Under the pieces are notes generated by a model that saw nothing but the letters and a program-made list of their open reading frames with translations, had not been told where the DNA came from and did no database searches. The translations under genes and the position numbers were made by a program. From Amoebophrya sp. A120 (Eukaryota; Protista; Dinoflagellata): a DNA stretch of 64,000 nt. Within the stretch, counting starts at the first letter, position 1; each line of letters starts with the position of its first letter. The stretch lies in the NCBI GenBank assembly GCA_905178155.1, contig CAJINV010000029.1, positions 127,863 through 191,862 of the forward strand. The letters run 5' to 3'. This document shows, in pieces, positions 33,402 through 46,359 of this stretch.

Positions 33402-33733
33402 CTCTCGGCTCTCGGTTTCCGATTCCCGGTTCTCGGTTTCCGGTTTCCGATTCTCGGTTTCCGATTCTCGGTTTCCGATTCTCGGTTTCCGATTCTCCGT
33501 TTCAGGTTCTCGGTTCTCGGTTTCCGATTCTCGGTTTCCGATTCTCGGTTCTCGGTTTCCGATTCTCGGTTTCAGGTTCTCGGTTCTCGGTTTCCAATTC
33601 TCGGCTCTCGGTTTCCGATTCTCGGTTCTCGGTTTCCGATTCTCGGTTCTCGGTTTCCGGTTTCCGATTCTCGGTTTCCGATTCTCGGTTCTCGGTTTCC
33701 GGTTTCCGATTCTCGGTTTCCGATTCTCGGTTT
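33402..33733 (+). repeat. Heptamer-based tandem repeat (TTCTCGG / TTTCCGA)n
   Basis: ~330-bp array of two alternating 7-mers. Confidence 0.95.
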
Positions 33734-33929
33734 TTTACGCCCTGGCCATGGCTTAACTTGATACCCCAAGAACAGGTGTTGACACTGCTACTTCTCCCGT
33801 TGAGGTGGTCTAGTATGATGTAGCGTAGGTATTATTTCGAACGGAGCAGCGGTTGTGGTGACCGGTTGTAGCTCTGAGAACGATGGTGCCCTACAGCGGT
33901 GATGGAAACCGATGGAGGATGGAAAGGTT

Positions 33930-34310
33930 GTCAAATGAAAACCGGTGGAGGTTTATCGAGGAGCAGCAACACGACGAGTGCGGGATAACTCGACGCTTGT
34001 CTCTTGAGCTCTACTCAGCCCCGCTCGAAGGTTCTTCAAATCCGGAGGTTGACGCCGAATGACTTTTCTTTTGCCTGAAACCTCCTGTCGAGCTCGTGAC
34101 GGTGCCTTGAAGTAAATGTAAATTTCAGTTTGTCATGCAGAAAAACAGATTTCATCAAGAAGCAAGTCAAATTCTTCATGCAACAGCACACGACAAGTAC
34201 AGAAACTTCAAAATCAAAAATACCTCAAGAACAGGTAATATTGACACTGCTTGCGCCGGCAAGGGATCGACCTAGAGTGTGTCTTTCCACCTTCCAGGAC
34301 AGGGCTCAAT
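33930..34310 (-). pseudogene. Degenerate paralogue of the small gene fragment at 44589-45175
   Basis: Clear nucleotide similarity to 44540-45175 with indels; lacks the introner at 44630. Confidence 0.55.
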
Positions 34311-35769
34311 GTGAAAGCACGGGGCCTCGAGATAAATAGCACCGCCGGTGGATGCTTTTATTCCTCGAAGGCGGGTGCGAACACCAGTGCGGAACGGCGC
34401 TTTCTTCACCTGAAGTGGTTGTAGTAAGTTTCTCATGCAGAAACAAAAACTGCAACCGTGTAGTCCTGGCATTGTAGGGTATTTTCGAAGTAGTAGATCA
34501 TGTCGCGCAAATAAGATGAAATCATCGCACTTCTACTATACACATTCAAAAAGTTGTACAACAGTACTCCAGCTGGTCCTCGACCGCTGCAACGAAAACG
34601 CTGACGTGAAGGCCGCGGCTACTGCAAAGACCTCGTTTACTTTCCAACACGGGATCAAGAAGCTGCACCCGCGGAGAGGAGCCCTGCGCAGATCGATGCG
34701 TCGAAGACACCAGGGACGGTGATGGTTCAAGAAACTGTCCTACATTTTGAAAAGACTGTTGCTGTTCGTCCTATCACTCTGTGATAAAATTATTCGGACA
34801 TAAGGCAGAGCACGACATGAATTGTGAATGATTGCAAACTTGATCTTGATGATGTCTAGAGCCCCGACTGCTGGGGAAAATTTTTCTTTTTGGGTGGAAG
34901 GAAGACCAGACTCTGCGCCGGCGCAGCTGCAGCCACAATCACAATCAAAGGTTTAGACGAATCAAAACTTCCAACTAGTGTACTAACTTCAAAAATAGGA
35001 CCAGATTGTTCGTTTTCGCGAAACTAAATGTTACTTAGCACTGCAGCGTCAAATATTTGTTCGATGCTGCGGCCTCACAATACACGGTGCAACATTTGGT
35101 ATTCCTCAAACTCGCTATCGAGATAGAGCTCTGACCATTTGCATTTTGTTCTCTCGTAATTCATAATAAAAACAAAAGTCCAAGATAACCTCGACAGCTA
35201 CTTCCCGCCACAACAAGTTAATTTTTACATTGCTGATTATGATGCGAATTCAACAAGAGGAAAAAACACAGACAAACACGAGTTCTCTCATGTTGCGCTA
35301 CTCTATCCCATTTTGCAATCAATAAATAGCACCGACTTTGCCATCCTTCTCCGGCGTACTAGAGCTTGCAGACAAAAAAACACAAAAGCATCGACGTCTT
35401 GAAACAACGAAGCCTTCAGCAAAGTCAGAGACTCGGGATGTGGGGGTGGCGGTGGTAGCGGGAACTCAAATGGTGCATCATCAAGCCCGCACGGGCCAAG
35501 AAGATGACAATAATCAAGTCGCCGTCGCGTCCGTCAAAGCCCATAAATCAAAAAAAAGCACCCCGTTGCAAAAGGCGCTGCGACTTGGTTTTTGATCGGT
35601 CGGAGCACTCACTTCGGCCACTGGCTTTCACCGAACTTGATGGCGGGGCAACTACCAAGCAGCTGTCCCACGCGGCTGCAGGCACGACAGCTCCGACGAG
35701 GAACCATCAACGCGCGCGCCCACACCACACGCCAAACGGCAACGCTCCGAGCGCGGGGCGCCCGACCAA

Positions 35770-35940
35770 ACGGGCTAAATGGGGGAGGGCAAATACAACA
35801 TGGCCCCAAGCCCGGGCGCCGGGGCGCCCCGCGAGCGCCGTGGGCCCGATAACCGGAAGCGCGCAAAGCAATGCGCACAATCAGCCAGCGCCGGGGTCGG
35901 CGGCAAGCGCCAAAAGCCTCCCAGGGTGGTGGCCGGGAAG
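35770..35940. repeat. Conserved GC-rich non-coding block, copy 1 (copy 2 at ~46360-46550)
   Basis: ATACAACATGGCCCCAAGCCCGGGCG...GGGCCCGATAACCGGAAGCGCGCAAAGCAATGCG is shared almost identically. Confidence 0.85.
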
Positions 35941-36667
35941 GCGCCGGAGGGCCTGGGGCGGCGCCGGGCGTGTGAGCGAGCGAAGGCCGGCGCTCTCCGC
36001 CCCGAAGAGTCCGGTCGTCCTGCAGGGCCTTGCGGTCCTTCCTTGCGGAGTGCGTCCCCACGGGCGTCGCGCCGCTCCGCCTGCTGCGGGCTGCTCATCT
36101 CCGCGAGGCTCTTCCGCTTCTCCGACCTTCTTCTCCCTGTGCCGCTTTATTCTCCCTGTGCCGCGAGGGCAGCAGGGGATGGGGCGCGCCCGCGCCCGCC
36201 CCCGCGCGGCGCAAAGGCCCGCGGCGGCCGGGGTGCGAAACGGCGCGGCCGGGGCGCAAAAAGGCGGGCCGGGGTGCGCGTCGGCCGGGGCGGGCGCGAG
36301 GCAACCGCGGCGCCGGTCGCCTCACCCAAAACCGTCGCAATGTCGGGGGGTTTTCGAAGGCAAAGGAGAAGCGCCCGCCGGGCATACTCGCTATCCGTCA
36401 ACTGGCTGCCGGCCTCTCCGCGCAGTGTTTTGCGGGTCCGGCGGGGGCCGGCGCCGGCGCCCAACATGTGGCCCAGCGTCGTCCGGAAACCTCACGCAGA
36501 CCAAACAGGCCGGGCGTATTTCATCCTTCTGCCCGAGCCAGTTCCTCCAGCCATGGCACCCACTGCAAGGCGCGAGGACGTGCGCCGCCGGGCGTGCGCG
36601 GCCTGCGCGGTCCTCTGCTTGTCGTCTGTAGTAGCTAAAGCACGGCCCGGCCTTGGTTTTTGTTTTC

Positions 36668-36670
<3 letters not shown>

Positions 36671-36699
<29 letters not shown>
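36671..36699 (+). repeat. (AC)n microsatellite
   Basis: About 14 AC units. Confidence 0.95.
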
Positions 36700-37300
36700 G
36701 CCGAAGGCACAACTGTGCAGACTCTCGCGGCAGTTCACTTGGACGGAAAAACACCTCCCTGGTGCGGCACTCCTGCGCTCGCGAGATAACGCCTCACGGA
36801 CTTCTATGTGGATTTCGCGAGAAACTAAAAACTCAATGTCGTCCGTAGTTCTTTCTTCGTTATCTTTGCACTCCTTTGTTCATTCTAAAATCTCCGAAAA
36901 AACTGGTTCGCGGCCAATCGCAACACTTTCTTCTAAAATACTTTTACTATTCGTCCAACACCACCGTGTTTGTGTGGTTGCTGTATCACTTCGAAACTGT
37001 CTGCGCTGTTAGCGTTAAAAAACTTGTTCCTATGTCATCTTTTGGTGTAGTTGCTTTTGTCTGAGCTTGCAGCTAAAAAAAAATTAGTTGAGCAGGATCT
37101 TACTTGGCTTTAAAAAGTATAAACATTGCAGTATACGAAGGTAAGAATCAAAGACTTTAATCTTACACTTGTCGCTGATGTCAAGACCCGACACCAAAGT
37201 TCTAGTAGCACACTGGCGTTCCTCCTCTCTTGTCAACTAATCCGCCAAAGAACCGTCCGATTTCTTTATCCGTGTTGTACGCAAAAAAGTTCGTCCGATC

Positions 37301-40300
37301 TCACTGTTTATCTTCCGTGTTGGAAACAGGCTCCGATGAACTCGATCCTTTCAGATCGGACGAAGAAATTGCGGAAGTTTCCAGTGCTTCGATAGTTGAG
37401 ATTATCTCCCGTACCAGAAATAATTGCGAACTTGATGCAGCTGCTGTTCCCGTTACTTCATCCTCGTTCAATACTTTGGTGCTGGTTGTCTTACTCTTGC
37501 TTTTGTCACCGTTCCTCACTGTACTGCCTGCTTGGAGATCCTGAGCCTCGTGATCATGTGGTTGTTGCTGTTCCACGGTTGATGGAGAGGAAGCAGCAGG
37601 AGCTTCTGTCGCCGTGTCCTTCTTCGTGCAGCTGTCATTTAATATTTCTCGAGTAGTAAACAGCTTCTCCCCTAGCTCGAGCAAAGACCTCGTCTCTGGC
37701 ACTTCAAGCAGTGACAGGATTTCTTCCGTCCGGTGGCAACGGTCGGGTTGGCCGCAGTAGAGCACACCGTGGTGTAGTTTGATGAGCAGGGAGTTTTGAT
37801 TTTGATCCTCACCTGGAAGATTTTTTTCCTGCTCTGCTCGTCCAGGTGTACCACCGGCTTGTTGCACGCCAGGAGCTGTTGGCGGGGACGCGACAGTGCT
37901 AGTTGTACCTTTCATCACGAGGAACGGTTGTATCTCACCATCAGATCTCGGACCCGGTTTCTTGAAGACTACAAGCACTGGATTTTTACCGGTTCTTGTT
38001 CTATTTTCACAGATGCTAGTTTCGCGTTGGTTTGGATCTGTTTCGAGCGCGTCGCCCTCGCCGGCAGAAGAAGAAGCTGAAATTGGTTTCATCTCCGAAA
38101 ACCTGAGTTCATGCCCATCGGAGAGGGTGCACGTCACCGTCTGCTGTAAAGTCGCCAAGGGCAGTACCGGTGGGTAACGATAATCGTCGTTGCGTTGCCC
38201 GAAAAACAAATCGAAGCCGACGTAGATCCCGCCGGTACAACTACGCGCAGCAGGTTTTCCGCAGTTGGCTTGCGACTCCGAAGATTCTTTCATGTTCTCG
38301 TCCTGCGCGCCTTCCACGACACCAAGTTTATTCTGCTTGTTGCTCTGTACTGGTTCATTTTGCTTCACGAAAAAACACTTCGGGCGGCAGAAGAGGTTAG
38401 CTGCATTTCTCTGCTGCGTGATCAATCCGCGGAACACCACCCCAGCGGCCCACGCCGGCTGGAAGAACAGCAGAAGGTTCAACAGTGGCTGGATGGCGAC
38501 ACGTATGAACTGCAAAAGAGCCGCACACGCACTCGTATATATGCATTACAAATTTCCTCAGCATGAGAAATGAAATTTGTAATGCGGATTGCCCTCAAGA
38601 AAAAGCTTTGTAATGCATGACTGCAACTACTACGAGTACAATGCTTTTGCACAGGATAGCACGAGATTTCTGTGGGAATGCCTTTAGCGCAGACACATCC
38701 CCGGCGAAGAGCAGCGGTTCCGCCTATTACAATGAAAAATGCCCCCACCCCCGAACTTGAAAGCATTTGTATTGCAAACCTTTCCAAATGAAACATTCGC
38801 CCTCTTGCAAGTATCAGCATCACAGATTTCCGATCGTGAATAGCAAAAATTTGTATTGCAAAAGATCCCAGCAAGAGCGGTGCCTGTCATGCAAGCGATG
38901 CGAAACACGACTAGAATCTGCATCAGAAAGATTCATACTCCTTTCATGCATGACAAAAAGTTTTCATTTGGAAACTTCGCATCACAAATTTTTGCAAGTT
39001 TGGGGTGGGGGGCACTTTTCACTGTAATACCGCCTCGGTTCGGTTCAGACTCGGGAAAAGTTCGGTGGTCAGGGGTAGAAGAGAACTCTTGCCGTCCTGC
39101 TCTGTAGTAGTTGCTGATGTATATGTAGTTGTAGTACTGCTCGCGGATTGCAACGTGCGGAGACTCTGCACGAAATGCTCCATGAGCGGTTTGTCCAGGG
39201 GCTTCCTCCGGGAAAGGTGATCTTCCTGCTGTGGCTCCATGTTGCACACAGCACCTTTTTCTTCTAACGTCAGGATGGCGCGTATGAGGGTGCGCAAGTC
39301 CTCCTCTGCCTCTTTTTCATGCAAAATACCAAATCCGCATAATGGAAATGCTATATGCGTTGAAGCATCCTGTCGATGGCATGTTTAGAAGTTTCAGGGC
39401 CGCAAATAATAGCACTACAACCCGTGGTGTGCGGGTTTGTCATGCGAAAGATACTGCTTACATTTGTGGCGTGGCTTCTGTTGCCCGTCATGAACTTCAA
39501 ATGCTGGGCCAGGGGGAGCTGTGCAATCTCATAGCGCGCCGCGAGACGGTGTCCACCAATTCCGCAGTCAGCAAAGTTGGTTTTACAATCAGTTCGACAC
39601 CTTCGATCTTCGCGGGAAGCTGGAGTAGTTTCATATGCATTACAAAAGCACCGCACTCATAGTAAAACGAAAAAATAGTGGTAGTCGAGCATGACAGATC
39701 TACCTTTGTATGCTGAGCAGCATTACAAATTTTATTTTTCATGCTAGCCGGATTTGTGATGCGATTTCTATCAGTACGACACTTTTGCAGTCGATATTTC
39801 AGTTTGTCCAGCACAGCCTCATATCCATTGCAAATATGTTTGGGTCTGGACATTTGTGATGCTAAAATGTGGATGATGGAAACACCTCCGAAACCGAATG
39901 CAGCCCAGCATGACAACTTTTCATAATGCGTTCTCATAGGATAGGCAGTTTGCATTTTTTGCATGAGAAAAATGGATGCGACTGTTTTTGGTATATGCAA
40001 CACAGACTTGTTCACAGGAATGCGAATGCAAGACCAGCACTACAAGCTCAAACTTTATTCCAGGAGCAGACATATTTGCATTTGATACCCCCACCGCCAG
40101 CTCAACTGGTGCTCCTCCTGTTGTTCCATCGCACTGCTGCAGCAACAGCGAGGTTAGCGACTCTTGCAGGGAACAAGCTGGATCTCCCTTTTCCCCTGTT
40201 TCGAACCGCAAGGCTACGTCGACTGTGGCATCCAAGAGGTCCGACTCGACTGAAGATTTGAAGCGGAACAAAACGCCGAGTTCGAGGTCGAGGAGCGAAA

Positions 40301-42254
40301 CGGAGTGGAGCTTGAAGGAGCATGCTGCTCCAGTCACCGTGTGAATGGTCGTGTTCTGTTCTTGTTCCAGCTGTGCATTGGTTTTGGTGATGGTGCCTAT
40401 CGCTTCACTACTGTCGCCGAGACTCGCCGACAAGGTCGACCACGGGTTCGTACAAACCAAGCTATCGGTTGTAGCTGCACTCTTTCCTCCTGCGCGCGGA
40501 CCGCCTGTTCGTGACGATGATGATGGTGATGATGACGATGATGATGATGAAGTGTAGTCACAGCGAGGACTACACTCGAACTTAACCGCTAAGCCTGTGA
40601 TTTTTGACTCCGCTACGTTCGTGGCACTGGACCCGGAGGGACACAGCTGCGTCATTCGCCGGAACGACTTTGGTGTCAGGCGAAACGACCGGGTCGCTGG
40701 CAAGTCGGAGTCGGTGGTACTCAGAAGCCGCAGATCCACGTCGAGGCTGGCACCCGACAGGGAGCGGTTTTGCGCTTCAACTGCGTCGCTAAACTCCTTC
40801 TCGCAGAGCTCCACCTGCGTTCGTACGGCCTTTTTGACGATGTTGGTGCGTGGAACATCTTCGTCGTTCTCCCAATACTCCCCTTCCGATTCCACTAGAT
40901 CTTCGAAAACATACCTATAAAGATCCGTCAAGCGATCCCGGCTGAAGTCACCAAGTCCGACCAAGGACAGCACCGCTCGCGTCCGGCCGAACGGTTTCGA
41001 TCTGGCGCTCATGAAGAGTATGGCGTTGCGCAGTTGCAGTTCGGCTCTGCCCATGGCCGGCACGCCGGGAAGCACGGAGCCTGGATGCACCCCAAACCCC
41101 CGCAAGAAAACCTCCATCAGAATCGCGAGCCCTAGCTTCTTCTTGTCCCGCGGCTTCAGCACCAGCAACGCCTGTGTGGCCGAAACAATGACGCTCTCGG
41201 TGACAGCAAACTCGATACCTACTACAGTGCAGGTGACATCCTGCAGATTGGAAATGGGTGTTGTCGGCACTATTTTGCTTGGTTCGTCCTTGTCATCCTC
41301 GAACCATCCAAAACCGATGAGAGTCGAACCTGTGTCGTCATATCCCGAATCGAACAGGCGCGCAGGCAGGCGAGAGGTAACAACGCGCGAATCAGGGTCG
41401 TGGCGCTTGACGGTCATATCACACGCCCAGGCAGTTTCGAACGGAAGCAAAAGGCCGACGAGTTCGGACAGCGCAGGTTGAGGTTCTGAAATTATGTCAC
41501 CGAAGCGAAATAGTCGCTCAGCGGCGCGCCGGGGGATGAGTGGGAACAAAGAGGAAGTTTCCGAAAGGAGACTGTGTATCAGCTCCGATTCGGGCTCGGA
41601 CCGGGGCCCGGGCATCATCTGGGAGGAAGCAAGCAACTTCTTGTCCACGTCAGCAACTGTGTGATCTTTTGTTCGCCCTCCAACAGCTTCCTTCAGTTTT
41701 CGAAAATTCCGCACGAGGCTTTTCGAACGGAAAAAAATACTTCTTGCACTGGCGGCAGGAGACGGAGCTACGAAGTCCAAGACGTCCGCGGACTCGGGTA
41801 GGCCGAGCAACTTGAGTTCTTCCAGGACCGTTAGCGGATGACGTATCGACGTCGTAGTTTTTGCAGTTGCACTCTCCGGTGGCGGCCGATGCGAGGCCGC
41901 GTAAGGAGGCAGGGTCAGCAGAATCTTCTCGATATCCGCTGGCACTTTGCACACCTCGTCCCATCCGCGATAATTGTGACGCCGCACTATCACTTTGCCG
42001 CTTACCGCGTTGGTCATCTCGTCTTCGGAATCGGAATCCACGTCGAAAGACAGCGATTCGTCCAGATCCTCGCTCCCGCTCCCTTCCACGAGATGCCATG
42101 TTCCGAAGCTGAACGCAAACCTGCATCCCGCTCCCGCTCCCGATTTTCTGTCGTCCACAAATGCCATGTTCCTGCCTAGTATCCGAACATGCCTGGTACG
42201 GGTACCTCGGCCGTTGATGTCATCTGCACAGTATGGATAGCGAGCGTGGCGCAC
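37301..42254 (-). CDS. Unknown protein, >=1262 aa; exons 42254-40088, 39816-39797, 39628-39534, 39277-39030, 38719-38659, 38498-37301 (true start uncertain)
   Basis: Exons sum to 3789 nt and stay open across five introners from four families; no domain recognised. Confidence 0.8.
38504..38658. mobile_element. Introner, family C
   Basis: TSD ACACG/GCACG; in-frame join on the minus strand. Confidence 0.87.
38725..39029. mobile_element. Introner, family H
   Basis: TATTACAATGAAAAATGCCCCCACCCC / GGGGTGGGGGGCACTTTTCACTGTAATA; perfect TSD CCGCC. Confidence 0.92.
39283..39533. mobile_element. Introner, family I
   Basis: TATGAGGGTGCGCAAGTCC / GGAGCTGTGCAATCTCATA; perfect TSD GCGCG. Confidence 0.88.
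39634..39796. mobile_element. Introner, family C
   Basis: Perfect TSD TTTCA. Confidence 0.88.
39822..40087. mobile_element. Introner, family A
   Basis: Flanks CCTCA/CCCCC; in-frame join. Confidence 0.86.
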
Positions 42255-42497
42255 ACGAACGATAGCGATACATAAATATAGGTCCCACCTTTAGATACAA
42301 CAAGAACAAGGGCAAGGCCGAGCAAGCTCCTTTTCGAAGACACTGGAAAAATATCAATTTCACAATCACATTCACAGCTCCACACAAATACAAACAATTT
42401 TCCAAAGGGAAAAATGGAAGCTGCGCCTACTGCGTCAAAAAATGAAATAAAGCAGCTGTAATGATGGTGCAAGAATGTACAACAACTTAGTTGCAAT

Positions 42498-43996
42498 TTA
42501 TAGATACGAGTAAGCCGTCGTCGCAGTGGATAAGAACCGAAACCGGACGACAACCTCTAGCACCGCTCCGTCCACTTGAAAGGCATGCTCCCCGACATCG
42601 AGAGCGAGGGGACCCGCCTTCGACTTTTTCACGCCAAGCTGGAGCACTGCGCCGAATTGCAAATCCAGCCAGATGACCTTTTTCAGCTTGAAAAAAGTGC
42701 TTTTCCCTAGCACCAAAGTGTTCCTGTCCTCTTCATTGAACGGGAAGAACGAAGAGTGAGATCCCGGCGTGAATTCGACGGTAATTGCTTTCTTGTCATC
42801 GGTCTGGGTTGCGTCGGCCGCGGTCGCTTCGGCCTGGGTCGCGTCCACCTTGTAGTAGGAACGCGGGGAAAATGTCGTCGCCGCGCCGAGCTGAAGTCCC
42901 AGCCACGGGCTGTGCTCCAATTGGATCTGCTTTTCCTGCTTCGTCCACACGCTGGAAGTCGCTGTACCCGGACGGTGTGTCAAATGCAAATGTGTCTGGG
43001 TCTGGGAGGGTTGAATCTGTGTTGCGGATCTCGTAGTGTTGAAAAATCTGCGTAGCATAAGCAGCAACACAAGCACACACTATATTCGCCCTGCAAAGTC
43101 GTAGTTTGTATATGCGCTCTGCGTATAAAAAAGCTTTTCAAAAATTTATCATGCGTCACTGCATTTCAAGGCGTGCTCAAGCATGACCATTCAGCATCAC
43201 AAGGTTCCAGACCCAGACATCTTTGCAATGGATACTGTGCGCTGGCATGCAACCGTAAATGAGCCGTCCAATCTCGTCGGGAACATTGGCCTCCAGTGGC
43301 GTGGCGCCGCGTTCCCTCTTTTTTTTCTCGAAGCACGTGGTAGCGGTTTTGGTATGGGATTCCCAAACGTTACGTTCTCAACTGTATACATGAATTTGTA
43401 TTGCAAGATAAGCAATAGTGAAAGGGGCAAGCGCAAGGGCAAGCTCGCAGCCTTAGCATTACAGCTTTGGCACAGATTTAGATCTTGTTTAGCCCTTCGT
43501 GAATTTGTCATGCGAAGTAGCTTGATTGTGTGGTCGTGCGTGGTGGCTGATGGTAATTTTGCATCACAACAAGTTTAGGTATTAATTGAGAACTATGTAA
43601 ATGTTTTCGAGTGCCATATTTCACCAGCAGTGCCTTCAGGTCCTTCTTCGCTTTCACGGGATCATTGGATCGCTCCTCGAGGCTATCAAATGCAGAAATG
43701 TAGTCTGGGCCTGGAAACCTTAACCTCTAATGCTGAATAGTCGTGAGTGAATGCGCCCTTGAGTGCAATGCAGCACGGAAAATTTTTCAAACGCTTTCTC
43801 ATGCTTAGTGCGCATTACAAACTGCGCTTTTTCATCACAAAATTGTGGCGCTTTCGTTGCTTTTATGCAAAACAGATTTTTCAGAAAAAGTGCCTTACAC
43901 GCAATCCAGGTTCAACTTACATTCCAGACCCAGAGATATTTGCACTTGATAGAGACGGTCGAAGATTTCTTGCAAACTCTCGTTCAGATTCAACAT
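42498..43996 (-). CDS. Unknown protein, ~230 aa; exons 43996-43952, 43678-43619, 43347-43235, 42972-42498
   Basis: 693 nt open across three introners (MLNLNESLQEIFDRL|EERS...LLVK|TATT...VPDEIGRLIYGCM); weak F-box-like segment; might splice onto the downstream gene. Confidence 0.7.
42978..43234. mobile_element. Introner, family A
   Basis: TSD CGGTG/CTGTG. Confidence 0.87.
43353..43618. mobile_element. Introner, family G
   Basis: TATGGGATTCCCAAACGTTACGTTCTCAAC; flanks TTTGG/TTTCA; in-frame join. Confidence 0.82.
43684..43951. mobile_element. Introner, family A
   Basis: TSD GAGGC/GAGAC. Confidence 0.88.
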
Positions 43997-44588
43997 GTTG
44001 CGCTAGTCGTCGTGGTCGGCGACAGGAGGAATCAGCAACTAGAAGAAGGGGTAATTAAGTTCTTCCACGGAATACCTCCACCGAGACAACGACTGTTACG
44101 GCCACGTTCAAGGATGTAGCCGACGGGGTAGTAAGTAACACAATTCGGTCGTCGGGGAGGTGAAGCTGGCTGGATTCACGACGGCGCGATAGAACACCTG
44201 GACCTGGACCACGACCTGTTTAAACAATTTTTGATTTTGTATTGGCATGCAAAAAGAAAAAACAGTATAATACAAAAAACATTTCAATAGAACATGTTCA
44301 TCTTCATCATGCAGAAAACGCAAGAATTATACTATTGAAAAATACATCGGATCATTTCCACTCTGATACCGCTTTGATGCTGCAGAATGAAGTTGGTCTT
44401 TTGCAGGAACGCAACCGGCCCACGTCCAACAAACTGACGCCGCAGGAAAATGGTATTATTTCGGTTGTGGTTAGCGGTTGTAGCCAGGTATGGGAATGAT
44501 GGCGCCCTGCAAGGATGGTGTAAAAAATTGTCGGACGGAAAGAACCGGTGAAAGTTTATCAAGGAGCGTCAACACCTGAATCGCGGGA

Positions 44589-45175
44589 TTACTCGACGCT
44601 TGTCTCTTGAGCTTTACCCAGCCCCGCTCTATCAAATGCAAATATGTCTGGGTCTGGAAGAATGGAAGATTTGTCATGCAAGTTTTTTATGATCGTTGAG
44701 GTCTGTAATGCATGGTCTAGCATCACAGATTTTGAGGGGGCTTTCTGATGCCTCTTCAGCATGAGAAATGCTCTCCCCACGTAGCACAAACTGAACTCAT
44801 CTTGCTGGGCATGCAATACAGATTTTTTTCGAATCCGAAGACAGCATCAAAAGTTACAACCTTCCGGACCCAGACATTTTTATATTTGATACGCTCGAAG
44901 GTCCGTCAAATCCGGAGGTTGAGCGCCGAACAGTTTTTTTCTTGCATGTTGGTGAAACCTCCTGTCGGGCTCGTGACGGTGCCTGAAAGTCGTGAGATAT
45001 GTATTTTCAGTTTGTCATGCAGAAAAACAGACTTCAAGATACGAATAATTCTTCATACAAAAGCACATCGATGCAGAAACTTTAAAATCAAGTATACCTT
45101 CCCCGAGAACAGGCGTTGACACTGCTTGCGCCGGCAGGGAATCGACCTAAGTGTATCTTCCTTCCAGGACAGGTT
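44589..45175 (-). CDS. 3' exons of a small unknown gene (...HRHEPDRRFHQHARKKLFGAQPPDLTDLRAGLGKAQETSVE*)
   Basis: Open across introner 44630; apparent GT-AG intron 45097-44983; 5' end unresolved. Confidence 0.45.
44630..44891. mobile_element. Introner, family A, with an empty paralogous site
   Basis: Perfect TSD CGCTC; the paralogue at 34022-34026 has a single CGCTC. Confidence 0.96.
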
Positions 45176-46359
45176 TCAAGGTCCGCGCGGGGTTACAGTA
45201 ACTGTAAGGAAAACGTGAAAAACCACTACTGGCGCTAGCACTGGCCGACGACAAGACGAGACTCTTCTCCGCCCCAGGTTCTACTGATTCGAGGCGACGA
45301 TTTACAGGCCAACGGCTGATGTTTCGCCGGTGCCGGTGTTTCGTGTTCCCTGCAGGGTTTATTTTTGGAAGTTTGTCATGCGAAACAGACACCATATTGC
45401 GTCCTCTGTGTGCAGAAGAAATCATACTCCGTGAAAAACGAAAACGAAGAGTGGGCCTCAGCCTCCATGATTCATTTGCATCACAGTGACATGATGGAAA
45501 AACTGTACACAATACAGTGGGTCGACGGTCGCTATGGTGACGCTGAGGACGGGGGTGGAAGGGAACAAGTGGACTTCGTCGGATAATTTACGTCTTCGCT
45601 AGTCCTGCTCACAACAGCATCCCGATCAGGCCCGGTTCCATCCGTTGTTCGAAGTTTTCAGGTTTGTTGATGATTCGTGTTCTAACTACAGGCGTTCCAC
45701 TCCTAAACTGTACGAAACTGTACGAATGTGTAGTACTAGGTAGTACGAAAATAATTTTTTGGCGCATTGAAAACAAAACAGAGCTGTGTTACCATGATAG
45801 GGACAATCACGTTCTTGAAGACCAATTTGGAATTTACAAAAACCTGCCTGATTCTGCGAAAGGCGAGGTTCGAGGCTGTCACTTTTATCTGGTCCTGCGA
45901 AGAGACGTGTTAGGACATAGCAGAAAACCGCTTTTTTATTCAACTGCAGACAAGAGCTAAATTATACACCCCGCGTTCAAGGAAAAACAAACTTGCTTCG
46001 AGACGCCGCTTTTTCACTCGCTACCTAAAACTGACTTTTTTCACTCGATAAAAGCGCATCTTTGATGTTCACTCGGTGCGGAAATGAGCATCATTTTGTC
46101 AAAAAACACAAGACGCTCAGATATAACTCATTCAAACAAATGGACCGACAACATACTACACAATAGACCTACGCACAAGGTGCAAACAAAGCAGATCCTT
46201 GGCTGCAACTGCAGAAACAAGAAAATTCAACACACGACTTCTTGCTCTCGAAAGCGCTTGTCCTTGTGTTCGTGAAGATACAATACGCAGCCGGGCCATA
46301 CCAGGCGCCACAGCGCAGACGCCGCACGGTGGGCCTGCGCGGTGCCCCCATTTAGCCCA

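Noticed and set aside
33132-33761. 209-aa RFPILGS-repeat protein, or telomeric repeat
   Set aside because: The ORF is a by-product of the heptamer array; the unit is not TTTAGGG/TTAGGG-like and the array is internal.
35504-36789. 375-aa and 336-aa overlapping ORFs
   Set aside because: Very GC-rich DNA open in several frames on both strands, with no protein-like signal; probably non-coding.
42255-42500. Intron joining the 43996-42498 gene to the 42254-37301 gene
   Set aside because: Plausible, because the lower gene lacks a clear ATG start, but I could not identify convincing TIR/TSD or GT-AG boundaries, so the models are kept separate.
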